From an uncultured bacterium (GTDB lineage: Bacteria; SAR324; NAC60-12), in assembly GCA_964010765.1 (NCBI GenBank), contig CAXGMD010000015.1, positions 1-49,856 on the forward strand: DNA of 49,856 nt. The letters are read 5' to 3'. The notes under the pieces were generated by a model, which was not told the origin of the DNA, ran no database searches, and saw only the letters and a list, made by a program, of their open reading frames with translations. Positions 21,616-30,598 of the stretch are shown here, piece after piece; positions within the stretch are counted from its first letter, which is position 1, and each line of letters begins with the position of its first letter. The position numbers and the translations under genes are program-made.

Positions 21616-23253
21616 ATGAATCCCCTACAACTAGCGGATCAGTTTCGAGATCGTGGCCCCTTGTTACACCTTGTGCTAGATGGCTGGGGAGTAGGCCCTC
21701 CCGACGACACCAATGCGTTCCACAAAGCTTCTCTGCCAATCTTTAGACGAATCACAGAGCAGTATCCTTACACCCAACTATGGACGCATGGTACATACGT
21801 TGGCTTACCTAGTGATAAAGATCTCGGTGGTTCTGAGGTTGGACACATGACCCTGGGCGCCGGAATCGTCATGGAGCAAGGTCCCTCTTTGATCAAACGT
21901 ATGATCGACAGTGGGGAATTCTTTGAAAGTCCAGTTCTGCAGAAGCTAACCAACAATTGTCTTCAGAATGACACACCTCTCCATCTCCTTGGCTTACTCT
22001 CTGATGGTAATGTTCACAGTCACATTGATCATACCATTGCCTTGATTAAGCATGCCTTCAAGCATGGTCTCCGTCGTTGTTATGTGCATGCTTTGCTGGA
22101 TGGCAGAGATGTTTCGATTCAATCGTCACTGGACTACACCGAACAACTGGAGTCTCTCTTCCATCAACTCAAAAGCCAGCGTCCAGAAACCGACTATGCT
22201 TTTGCCAGTGCAGGTGGACGCGAAAAAATCACGATGGATCGGGATCAGAACTGGTCTAAAATTGAACTTGGTTGGAATCTGCATGTTCACGGGAAGGGAG
22301 AGCATCAATTTACATCAGTTCGTGAAGGGATTGAATATTTTCGCCAGCAGTCTCCCGACATCATTGACCAGGATCTACCCGGATTTTCAATCGTGCGGTA
22401 CGGAAAGCCTGTTGGGCCAATCCAAGATGATCACAGCCTCATTTTTACCAACTTTCGGGCAGATCGAGCGATTGAGTTCACTCATGCGATTTTGGACGAT
22501 TCCTTCCCACATTTTGACCGAGGATTACGACCCCAGATTCACTATGCGGGAATGATGACCTATGATCAGGACCTCTATCTACCACCAGACTATCTTGTCG
22601 GAACACCCAAAGTTGAAAACCCTTTCGGTAAGCGCATTCTAGAAAAAGGATTGCGACAATTCCGGCTGACAGAAACCCAAAAATTTGCTCACGTGACTTT
22701 CTTCTTCAATGGAGGCTACCGAGAACCCCTTGATCCAAAAAAGGAAATCTATCACCTGATTAACTCGGACAAGGTTGATTCCTTTGCGAATGCTCCTGCC
22801 ATGAAAGCCAGGGAAATCACAGACCAGGCAATCCAGTTTTTACGTTCGGGAGAGTTTGATTACGGACTAATCAATTATGCAAATGCCGATATGGTGGGGC
22901 ATTGTGGGAAAATAGAGGCCGCAATCAAGGCGGTAGAGGAAGTGGACCGGCAACTTGGCAGATTATTACCGGTGATCGATGAAGTGAATGGTATCCTTGT
23001 GATCACAGCAGACCATGGAAATGCAGATGAAATGCTGGTCAAGAATAAGCAAGGTAGCTGGGAAAGCAGTACAAAGCATTCGCTGAATCCAGTGCCTTTT
23101 GTGATTTATGATCCGAAATACAAGCAACAGTATCAACTTCAAGCACATGGCCCCGGGATCAACCTGAACCTGAGTCATGTGGCAGCGACTCTGTTTATGC
23201 TCATGGGAGAAACACCCCCTAATGACATCAATGATTCCTTGTTCAGATTATGA
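21616..23253 (+). CDS. gpmI: 2,3-bisphosphoglycerate-independent phosphoglycerate mutase
   Basis: LDGWG, SEVGH, SDGNVHSH, LDGRD, NFRADRA, ETQKFAHVTFFFNG, DMVGH, TADHGNAD. Confidence 0.96.
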   Translation: MNPLQLADQFRDRGPLLHLVLDGWGVGPPDDTNAFHKASLPIFRRITEQYPYTQLWTHGTYVGLPSDKDLGGSEVGHMTLGAGIVMEQGPSLIKRMIDSGEFFESPVLQKLTNNCLQNDTPLHLLGLLSDGNVHSHIDHTIALIKHAFKHGLRRCYVHALLDGRDVSIQSSLDYTEQLESLFHQLKSQRPETDYAFASAGGREKITMDRDQNWSKIELGWNLHVHGKGEHQFTSVREGIEYFRQQSPDIIDQDLPGFSIVRYGKPVGPIQDDHSLIFTNFRADRAIEFTHAILDDSFPHFDRGLRPQIHYAGMMTYDQDLYLPPDYLVGTPKVENPFGKRILEKGLRQFRLTETQKFAHVTFFFNGGYREPLDPKKEIYHLINSDKVDSFANAPAMKAREITDQAIQFLRSGEFDYGLINYANADMVGHCGKIEAAIKAVEEVDRQLGRLLPVIDEVNGILVITADHGNADEMLVKNKQGSWESSTKHSLNPVPFVIYDPKYKQQYQLQAHGPGINLNLSHVAATLFMLMGETPPNDINDSLFRL

Positions 23254-23347
23254 CTTTGCACAGGAAAGTTGTCTGTAAAGAGTGCCAGATCACTCTTGGC
23301 TATCTTGTAGCATTGAAAACCCTAAATTCCGCCCCAATCTAACACAA

Positions 23348-24718
23348 ATGTCGCAGATCACCTGTATTGGAGCCGGCTATGTTGGTGGCCCAACAATGGC
23401 CATGTTGGCTCTCCACTGTCCAGAGCATAATTTTACAGTTGTGGACATCAATGAAGAGCGAATTCAGCGCTGGTCTTCTGACAATCTACCAATCTATGAG
23501 CCTGGTCTGCTGGAAGTCGTGCAGCAAGCAAGAGGTCGTAATCTCTTCTTTTCCAATGATATTCCCACAGCTATTCAACAAGCCGATATTATCTTTGTTG
23601 CCGTGAACACTCCAACCAAGACATTTGGTGAAGGAGCTGGGAAAGCTGCTGATTTACAATACTGGGAAAAGACTGCTCGGGATATTCTGACACATGCCCG
23701 ACAACCTGAGGTGATTGTCGTTGAGAAGAGTACACTACCAGTTCGTACTGCGGAGGCAATGTCACGGATTCTATCTTCAGGTTCTAGCCACAGCCAGTTC
23801 TCAGTCGTATCCAACCCAGAATTCCTAGCAGAAGGCACCGCAATCCCAGATTTACAGGAACCAGATCGAGTGCTGGTTGGTGGGGAAGAGAATGAATTCG
23901 GTCGTCGTGCATCCCGAACGATTGCTGACCTTTACGGTCACTGGGTCGCGGCAGATCGAATACTGCTCACCAACGTCTGGAGCAGTGAACTCTCCAAATT
24001 GGTGGCCAATGCGATGCTGGCACAGCGAATTTCTTCGATCAACAGCATTTCCGCTCTCTGCGAGAGAACTCAGGCCAACATAGGTGAAATCAGCCATGCC
24101 ATTGGGATGGATCGGAGAATTGGACCTCATTTTCTGCAGGCGAGTATTGGGTTTGGTGGTTCTTGTTTCCGTAAAGACATCTTGCATCTGTCTTACCTCT
24201 GCGAATATTACGGACTACCTGAAGTTGCTGATTACTGGGCCAGCGTTGTGCGGATCAACGAGTTCCAGACAGATCGTTTCTTCCAGAATATCCTCAAGCA
24301 GCAGTTCAACACCTTGGCGGGAAAGAAAATCACCCTGTTTGGCTTTGCCTTCAAGCCAGATACTGGAGACACACGTGATTCTCCGGCCATTCCGCTCTGT
24401 CACAAGCTACTGAGTGAACATGCCCAAGTGCGGGTGCATGATCCCAGGGCTCGGGAAGAAACCGAGCATGACCTGGCTTCCATGGAAGGAGACATCGCTT
24501 TTGTTGAAGATCCGTATGAGGCTGCTTATAGAGCCCATGCTGTTGCGCTAGTGACACAATGGCAGCAATATCGTGATCTCGATTATGGACACATTTTAGA
24601 GAACATGATGCGGCCTGCTTACCTGTTTGATGGCCGAAACCATCTCGACCATCAATATCTCTTCAATCTGGGTTACAACGTCTTCCCGCTGGGGAGTGCC
24701 CCCCTAACTCACCTTTAA
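23348..24718 (+). CDS. ugd: UDP-glucose 6-dehydrogenase
   Basis: CIGAGYVGGPT, EKSTLPV, SNPEFLAEG, SSELSKL, GFGGSCFRKD, GFAFKPDTGDTR. Confidence 0.95.
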   Translation: MSQITCIGAGYVGGPTMAMLALHCPEHNFTVVDINEERIQRWSSDNLPIYEPGLLEVVQQARGRNLFFSNDIPTAIQQADIIFVAVNTPTKTFGEGAGKAADLQYWEKTARDILTHARQPEVIVVEKSTLPVRTAEAMSRILSSGSSHSQFSVVSNPEFLAEGTAIPDLQEPDRVLVGGEENEFGRRASRTIADLYGHWVAADRILLTNVWSSELSKLVANAMLAQRISSINSISALCERTQANIGEISHAIGMDRRIGPHFLQASIGFGGSCFRKDILHLSYLCEYYGLPEVADYWASVVRINEFQTDRFFQNILKQQFNTLAGKKITLFGFAFKPDTGDTRDSPAIPLCHKLLSEHAQVRVHDPRAREETEHDLASMEGDIAFVEDPYEAAYRAHAVALVTQWQQYRDLDYGHILENMMRPAYLFDGRNHLDHQYLFNLGYNVFPLGSAPLTHL

Positions 24719-24767
24719 CAATAACCTTGGTGGTTAGGAGCCACCACCTTTAACCTGAGGGGAATCC

Positions 24768-25898
24768 ATGAGTAGCTTTGAGGCCAACCTGAAGACGATG
24801 CCCTTTGCAGAACAAACAATCCTGCTCCGCATCTTTAACTCCAAAGACGAGTTGATGGCAATTTTGCCCAATTTTCCTGCCAAGCAGGGGACCTTGCGTG
24901 TATTCTCACACGTAGCCAGTACCACGGGACAAATTGGACGGGACGAAGCCAACGAAGCGCTCCGTGTTTTTGGAGAGTACACCGAGCGTGCACAACAAAA
25001 TCCTGGTCTTCATCCAAAGCTGGACCTCCTCCTCAATCTTCGTGATGGAGACTTTCTGAGAATTGAGAGGATCGAAAGCTCATATGCTAATCTGCTAGCC
25101 AGTATCCATGACCGCAAGGCAAGCGCAGCAGAATCAGAGGCTTTCATCGAATTGCTTAATCAGGGGAAAGTGAGGGCTGCTGAAAAGGTAAGGGAGGAAT
25201 GGGAACCCCAAACCTACGTGATTGATGGAGTCCTGAATTACTTTGGCACCCACGGAAATCAGCGGATGGAATCCAGCTACTGGGACAAAGTCCCTTTGAA
25301 GTATTCCAACTACACGGACCAAGACTTTGAGGCTAGCGGTGTTCGCTATGCGCCTGGCAGTATCGTGCGAAATGGAGCCTATATCGGCCCACAAACTGTA
25401 ATTATGAATCAGGCTTTCATCAACATCGGCGCCTTTATTGCGGGAGGCGGTGTGATGATTGATGGTGGCAGTAGAATCGCGTCCTGTGCTCAAATTGGGC
25501 GAGGGGTTAAATTCGGTGCAGGTTCCGGAATAGAAGGTATCCTCGAACCTGCAGGCCGTCTGGCCTCCATTGTCGAAGATAACGTTAAGATCGGAGCGAT
25601 GTGCGAGGTGGCAGGGGTGATTGGAGAGGGTGCGGTCGTTGCCAGCGGGGTCGTGATGGCTTCCGGCAAGAAAATTATTGACGAGGAGACAGGAGACGTG
25701 GTCCCTCCACTTGAGTGTCGTGTGGGCAGTGAAACATTTCTACTTCCTGTTATTCCACCATACCGTCTTGCAGTCGGAGGTTCTATATTGAGTCCCAAGG
25801 GACGCATTGCAACGGATGCGGTCATCCTGAAACCAGGAGATTTGAGAGAGTCGGCAACCCTAAAGCATTTCCGTAAACAAGGTATTCTTTACAGCTGA
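24768..25898 (+). CDS. dapD: DUF2322-like domain fused to DapD-like tetrahydrodipicolinate N-acyltransferase
   Basis: N-terminal ~100 aa: FEANLKTMP...N.P.KQGTLRVF...NPGLHPKLDLL (DUF2322 pattern). Then RAAEK...W, DKVPLK, INIGA, SCAQIG, GILEP hexapeptide repeats. Confidence 0.8.
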   Translation: MSSFEANLKTMPFAEQTILLRIFNSKDELMAILPNFPAKQGTLRVFSHVASTTGQIGRDEANEALRVFGEYTERAQQNPGLHPKLDLLLNLRDGDFLRIERIESSYANLLASIHDRKASAAESEAFIELLNQGKVRAAEKVREEWEPQTYVIDGVLNYFGTHGNQRMESSYWDKVPLKYSNYTDQDFEASGVRYAPGSIVRNGAYIGPQTVIMNQAFINIGAFIAGGGVMIDGGSRIASCAQIGRGVKFGAGSGIEGILEPAGRLASIVEDNVKIGAMCEVAGVIGEGAVVASGVVMASGKKIIDEETGDVVPPLECRVGSETFLLPVIPPYRLAVGGSILSPKGRIATDAVILKPGDLRESATLKHFRKQGILYS

Positions 25899-25912
25899 TT
25901 ACCAACCCTACA

Positions 25913-25942
25913 AAGTCCGTGCACTGTGCTGCGCACGGACTT
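25913..25942. terminator. Hairpin between convergent genes, probable bidirectional terminator
   Basis: AAGTCCGTGC-N10-GCACGGACTT, a perfect 10-bp stem. Confidence 0.65.
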
Positions 25943-25946
25943 CCTC

Positions 25947-26258
25947 TCATTGTGCAGCAACTGCTTTGCTGTCACGTAGCTCTTCTACGATTGTCCGATC
26001 GATCGGCACCTGAACATATCCAGTTTCTTCACTCCAGAAGTAATAATAACCGGTTGGCGTTCCATCCTCTTTCTCGCCACTGGTAATCTTACCATCCTTG
26101 ATTGTCCAGGACTTAACGACTTGTCCTTCATCGACGTAGCTAACCTTGTAGTCTTTTCCGAGGACATTATCGGCGCTTCTAAAAAACTGGTTGCGAGCTT
26201 CTTCTGTACAACCCGCAGTAGCTAACGCCAGTAGGAAAAGACCTATCAGAATTCTCAT
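25947..26258 (-). CDS. Small hypothetical lipoprotein
   Basis: MRILIGLFLLALATAG-C lipobox-type signal; beta-rich 103-aa protein. Confidence 0.75.
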   Translation of the reverse strand: MRILIGLFLLALATAGCTEEARNQFFRSADNVLGKDYKVSYVDEGQVVKSWTIKDGKITSGEKEDGTPTGYYYFWSEETGYVQVPIDRTIVEELRDSKAVAAQ

Positions 26259-26353
26259 ATGGTGTCTCAGTGAGAGTGGATAAATGGTGAAGGGAAAGTA
26301 CGAAACAAACTAGCGAAAGCTAGCAGGGAGCGCAAGTGAATCTGGTGAAGACA

Positions 26354-26385
26354 GCAGATCCTGCCACTGGGAGTGGAGGATCTGC
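26354..26385 (-). terminator. Terminator-like hairpin after the antiporter gene
   Basis: GCAGATCCT-GCCACTGGGAGTGG-AGGATCTGC inverted repeat 17 nt past the stop; weak U tract. Confidence 0.55.
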
Positions 26386-26402
26386 CAAGAAGAAGGAAGG
26401 AA

Positions 26403-28148
26403 TCAGCCGAGCAGGTAGTAGAAGCCCATGTAGCTCACACCCATAATTACAGTAGGAATGGCTGCGCCCATGGCCAGATTAGCTGGATTCACACCACCAG
26501 GGAAGTAGCGTGACAGGATAGATTGTCCTGCAGGATTCGGAGCGTTGGCGATGACAGTCAGACCGCCACCAGTTACAGCACCTGCGACAACTGCGTACTT
26601 CTGGCCATCGGTAAAGCCAGGTACCAGTGTAGCCAAGAAGGTAATTGCCGCGTTGTCATTGAACGCTGTCAAAACCGTTGATCCAATCATCAAGGGCAAC
26701 TCACTCAAACTTTGTAGCACTGGCGCAATCCACCAAGCCTGAACCCCACCGTGAGTTACTAGACCAGCTAGGAAGAAGCCTACCAACAATGGCCCCTTGA
26801 TCTCCAGTTTGTTCTGATAGGCTTTGGAAGCCATGGTGAATCCAATGAAGAAGAGGAAGCCACCAATGAACAGCGGTGGGTAGTGCGCATTGAAGACAGT
26901 CCAGGCCATGAAGAGCAGGTGAGTGACTGTGACCCAACCTGGAATCGGATCTTCACGATCTTCCCACTTGACCGGCGTATTTGTTTCGGATGATTCGCTA
27001 GAGTCAGACTTCTTTAGGTTGGCAAATTCATTCTTGAAAATGATGTAGTAAAGAATGTTTGCTATCACAACACCTATGACAGCTTTCCAACCAAAGTTGA
27101 CCATCATGAACGCGATGTCCCAACCCCAGGGCGCTGCGACCATTAAAACCGGTGGAGCTGCAAAGTGGGTCAGCGTTCCACCCACAGACACATTGACAAA
27201 CAGCAAACCGATTGTCGCATAAGCAAACTTAGGACTTGGGTTGTAATCATAGAATTGCTTGGCTAGTAACAAAGCAGCAATTGTCATCGCAGCTGGCTCA
27301 GTAATGAAGGAACCGAGCAAAGGAGCTAGAGTCAAAATAGAGAACCACCAAGCCTGAGTAGTAGATTGACCAAAAGCAGCCACTCTACCCATGATCTGCT
27401 CTGCTAGCTTTACGATCGGACGAGTAGAGGCGATAGCCATGATCACTACAACAAACATTGGCTCAATATATACTACCGTGTGCGCGATATAGTCCTTGAA
27501 GGTAGACCAATCGTAGAAGCCAATGATAGCAACCATTAACGCAATTACCCAAATTCCAAAGATTGCCTCCACTTCGCCAATGAAGTGAAACAACTCCGCT
27601 TTGAAAGATGGGCTGTTCTTAATGAACTCCTCAGACTTCCCTGCTTTGCGAAGCTCTTCTTCGTGGTGGTGTTTAATGTGGTGCGCTTTTGCTGTTAGTG
27701 GAGCAGCCGCAAAAGTGTGGCAAATCGCTAACAGGAACACTAATGAGCCCACAAGATTGAAGGGGCTTTCTGCGATACGAGAAGCCAGAATCGATCCGAT
27801 TCCTCCTCCTTCTGGGTCGTTATAATCTTCCAGAGCAATTGGGAAGTTCGTTTCCACAGTTCCACCACCACCACCGGCAGCAATCACGAAGCCGGCAAGC
27901 AGTACGAACAAGACTGGAATCATCCAGGCTCTTCGTGACAGGGCTACAGCAGCCAAAGTAGACAGACTCCAGTCACGAATGCCGAGCTGTCGCTCTATTC
28001 CGTCCAACATCTTTTGGATTGGTGCTGGCAAACTGGGGCTACCCAGCACTTGTTCTCGAAACGCTACCGAACTTCGGCGAGTTCGGTTCGCTGACGCTCC
28101 TGAGGACCGGCGTCGAAAGGAGGAATTTCTCCGCATTTTGGGCTCCAT
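26403..28148 (-). CDS. Putative Na+/H+ antiporter (DUF1504 / ion-transporter superfamily)
   Basis: HFIGEVEAIFGIW, LGSFITEPAAMT, VNVSVGGTLTHFAAPPVLMVA, DNAAIT, GGGLTVIANAPNPAG. Start uncertain (28148 or 28136). Confidence 0.82.
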   Translation of the reverse strand: MEPKMRRNSSFRRRSSGASANRTRRSSVAFREQVLGSPSLPAPIQKMLDGIERQLGIRDWSLSTLAAVALSRRAWMIPVLFVLLAGFVIAAGGGGGTVETNFPIALEDYNDPEGGGIGSILASRIAESPFNLVGSLVFLLAICHTFAAAPLTAKAHHIKHHHEEELRKAGKSEEFIKNSPSFKAELFHFIGEVEAIFGIWVIALMVAIIGFYDWSTFKDYIAHTVVYIEPMFVVVIMAIASTRPIVKLAEQIMGRVAAFGQSTTQAWWFSILTLAPLLGSFITEPAAMTIAALLLAKQFYDYNPSPKFAYATIGLLFVNVSVGGTLTHFAAPPVLMVAAPWGWDIAFMMVNFGWKAVIGVVIANILYYIIFKNEFANLKKSDSSESSETNTPVKWEDREDPIPGWVTVTHLLFMAWTVFNAHYPPLFIGGFLFFIGFTMASKAYQNKLEIKGPLLVGFFLAGLVTHGGVQAWWIAPVLQSLSELPLMIGSTVLTAFNDNAAITFLATLVPGFTDGQKYAVVAGAVTGGGLTVIANAPNPAGQSILSRYFPGGVNPANLAMGAAIPTVIMGVSYMGFYYLLG

Positions 28149-28370
28149 TGCTGAAAATATTATGAAAGGGGAGGTGATCGGGGGCGAAATTGATTTGGCT
28201 TTTTTCTGGCATGCCATCTTGAGATCAACTGGCGGATGCTGAAAACAGCGAAAGCGGCAGCGCCTGAAATCTGGCGATTCAGACTGTCTGGAAGCCCCTC
28301 TCCTGATTCGTTTGCAAGGATACATTGATCAGTTCCGAACGCAATCCGAAATTCCAGTAGCAGAGCGATT

Positions 28371-29201
28371 GTGTCAACTGATTCGCTAACAATCTTGCAT
28401 CTGTCTGACTTACACTTCAGTGCATATCCCAAAAATTGGGACCAGTGGTTTTCTAAACGACTACTGGGAGCTACCAACTGGTGGCTGAACCGGAGCTCAA
28501 AATATCCATCACAACGCTGCCTTCAACTGATTGAAGTTGTGAGACAGATGGGTTGGGATCACTTGGTGATTAGCGGAGATCTCACACAACTTGCGCTACC
28601 TGAGGAATTTGCCAAAGCACGAATGGCTTTGCGGCCTCTCTTACAGAATCAGGAAAGAGTTAGCATTGTTCCTGGGAATCATGATTACTACGTTAGCGAA
28701 ACTGAGGAATCAGACTATTTCCGAAGCTACTTTGGAAGTTTCTTTGGCAAAAATGAAATTCACACCCGTCGATTGAATCAGGATTGGCACTTGATTGGTT
28801 GGCACAGCGCAACACCAACACCTTGGTACAGCGCTTCTGGCTGTGTCCGGCGTCAAACGCTAAAGGCCACAGACGAGTACCTGCAACAACAAGCGGCAGA
28901 TACGCGGTTTGTTCTGGTCAACCACTACCCAATCAGCTTCCCAGACAGGGAACACGACACGAAACACGAGTTGTTGAACTTGGAGCAGGTCCAGTATTGG
29001 CTGAGCAATCGGCCACAGATTCGACTATACCTGCATGGACACATTCATCATAACTGGCATCATGTGCAGCAATATGCATCGCATTCGCTGCATGTTGTCA
29101 ATTCGGCTTCATCGACCATGATTGACGAGAAGTCTACATCCAGTTTTCACCGTATTCGGCTGCATAAAGACCAAATACAAGTGGAACCTATTAGTTTTTG
29201 A
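28371..29201 (+). CDS. Metallophosphoesterase (Icc/CpdA-like)
   Basis: HLSDLH, SGDLT, PGNHD, HYP, LHGHIH. Confidence 0.88.
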   Translation: MSTDSLTILHLSDLHFSAYPKNWDQWFSKRLLGATNWWLNRSSKYPSQRCLQLIEVVRQMGWDHLVISGDLTQLALPEEFAKARMALRPLLQNQERVSIVPGNHDYYVSETEESDYFRSYFGSFFGKNEIHTRRLNQDWHLIGWHSATPTPWYSASGCVRRQTLKATDEYLQQQAADTRFVLVNHYPISFPDREHDTKHELLNLEQVQYWLSNRPQIRLYLHGHIHHNWHHVQQYASHSLHVVNSASSTMIDEKSTSSFHRIRLHKDQIQVEPISF

Positions 29202-29207
29202 AAGCCC

Positions 29208-29615
29208 ATGTCCAAACTTTGGTTATCCTTCTGCTGTCTAGCTCTCGCTTCTCCGGTGTTTGCCCAAGGAAATAGCATATCTGGCAACCGCTGTGCTGAA
29301 GCAATCCGTCAACTGACAGAATTCGAACCAACTGGAATCTACGGAAGTAGCGTCGAACACGAATGGACACCGGCTTCAATGTATCTGTTGCAGCGAGAAG
29401 CGGAGAAATATCGGGTACTGCACCGACATTTTCTAGATCAGGTAGAAGATTGGCGTTTCGAAGTGCTGGAAATGAAAGGGGGGAAAACGATGATGTTTGT
29501 TTTCGCTAAAACTTTTGAACCTCGCTACTGCGAAGGCCCTAACGCTTTTTTTGTCAAGAGACTCAAGCAGGAGCCGATTGGGGAAACTCGCGCACGAGTT
29601 TCAGACAGGAGGTAA
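29208..29615 (+). CDS. Hypothetical exported protein
   Basis: Signal peptide ending VFA-Q; 6 nt downstream of the phosphoesterase on the same strand. Confidence 0.65.
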   Translation: MSKLWLSFCCLALASPVFAQGNSISGNRCAEAIRQLTEFEPTGIYGSSVEHEWTPASMYLLQREAEKYRVLHRHFLDQVEDWRFEVLEMKGGKTMMFVFAKTFEPRYCEGPNAFFVKRLKQEPIGETRARVSDRR

Positions 29616-29726
29616 ATTTTCTTCCCGATTTCGTTTCCGGGAATTCCATCCGTGGCGCATTCGCTCCAGCGTCTGCTGCCACAGCATCTCTTCAAATTGT
29701 CGCAGAGAAAGGGGTTGATTCTTCAT
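29601..29726 (-). CDS. Putative 41-aa small protein
   Basis: MKNQPLSLRQFEEMLWQQTLERMRHGWNSRKRNREENLPPV, with GAGGGA upstream of the ATG; follows the SutA-like ORF. Confidence 0.4.
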   Translation of the reverse strand: MKNQPLSLRQFEEMLWQQTLERMRHGWNSRKRNREENLPPV

Positions 29727-29760
29727 GACTCGTCCCTCTTTCGGAAGTCTGCGTCATTGC

Positions 29761-29937
29761 TTACCACAAATCGCTTTCCTGAACTTCAATCATCTCCAGG
29801 ACATCTTCCGTCAGAATTAGGTCATCACCGAAAATTGGTTCTCCAACTACTTTGTCAATCTGCTGAATTTGTCCACCTCGCTCCAGATAACGAGTGGTAG
29901 CTGCTTGAATTTCTTCGCGAGTGATTTGAAGGATCAT
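29761..29937 (-). CDS. 58-aa SutA RNAP-binding-domain-like small protein
   Basis: AAGGAGA RBS; MILQITREEIQAATTRYLERGGQIQQIDKVVGEPIFGDDLILTEDVLEMIEVQESDLW. The helix plus (F/Y)LxRGGxI/VQxI pattern resembles Pseudomonas SutA. Below the ORF-track length cutoff. Confidence 0.7.
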   Translation of the reverse strand: MILQITREEIQAATTRYLERGGQIQQIDKVVGEPIFGDDLILTEDVLEMIEVQESDLW

Positions 29938-30182
29938 GGGATCTCCTTAATAAATCAATTTTTTATTAGTGAATGATTTCAGATGCCTAATTAATCTTAC
30001 TCAAGAATTATTAAGGCCGTTTATACACAAACTGCAGTATTCATACCACGAATAAAAAAATTTCTTACTACCCATGATTTCCCAAAACTTTATTTTTGGT
30101 TGGAAATCCGCCAAAATAAGTTTTTTGTGATTCTTACCTAATACAATCTTTTCTGGTTTCTTATTCAGGGAGGAAATAACCC

Positions 30183-30572
30183 ATGGCAGAAACCACATCA
30201 GAATCTGCACTTTCCGAAGAAGAATTGGAATATTTTCGCAAGAAGTTGCTCGCAATGCGTGATGAGATTTACGCAGAAAGCGCAGCAACTGTTGAGGAAA
30301 TGCAGAATGAGTCTACTCTCTACCCGGATCCAAACGACCGAGCCAGCCTGGAAGCCGAGCACTTCAACACCCTAAGGATCAGAGATCGTGAACGAAAGTT
30401 ACTCGGTAAGATTGAGGCTGCCTTACAGCGTATTGAAGATGGTACTTTCGGTATTTGTGAGATCACCGGCGAGCCGATTGAAAGAAAACGTCTGGAAGCC
30501 CGCCCCGTCACTACTCTCAGTCTGAAGGCAAAGGAAGAGCAGGAGCTCGAAGAACGTCGTCAACATCGCTGA
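30183..30572 (+). CDS. dksA: RNA polymerase-binding transcription factor DksA, 1-Cys variant
   Basis: DPNDRA coiled-coil tip, RDRERKLLGKI, globular domain CxxT-x17-SxxA; GGAGG RBS. Confidence 0.95.
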   Translation: MAETTSESALSEEELEYFRKKLLAMRDEIYAESAATVEEMQNESTLYPDPNDRASLEAEHFNTLRIRDRERKLLGKIEAALQRIEDGTFGICEITGEPIERKRLEARPVTTLSLKAKEEQELEERRQHR

Positions 30573-30598
30573 CCCAGAACCTACCCACCAACTCAATA

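Noticed and set aside
29652..30288. Track ORFs 29652-29900 (+) and 30001-30288 (-)
   Set aside because: The first is antisense to better-supported small ORFs; the second spans AT-rich promoter DNA and the antisense strand of dksA.
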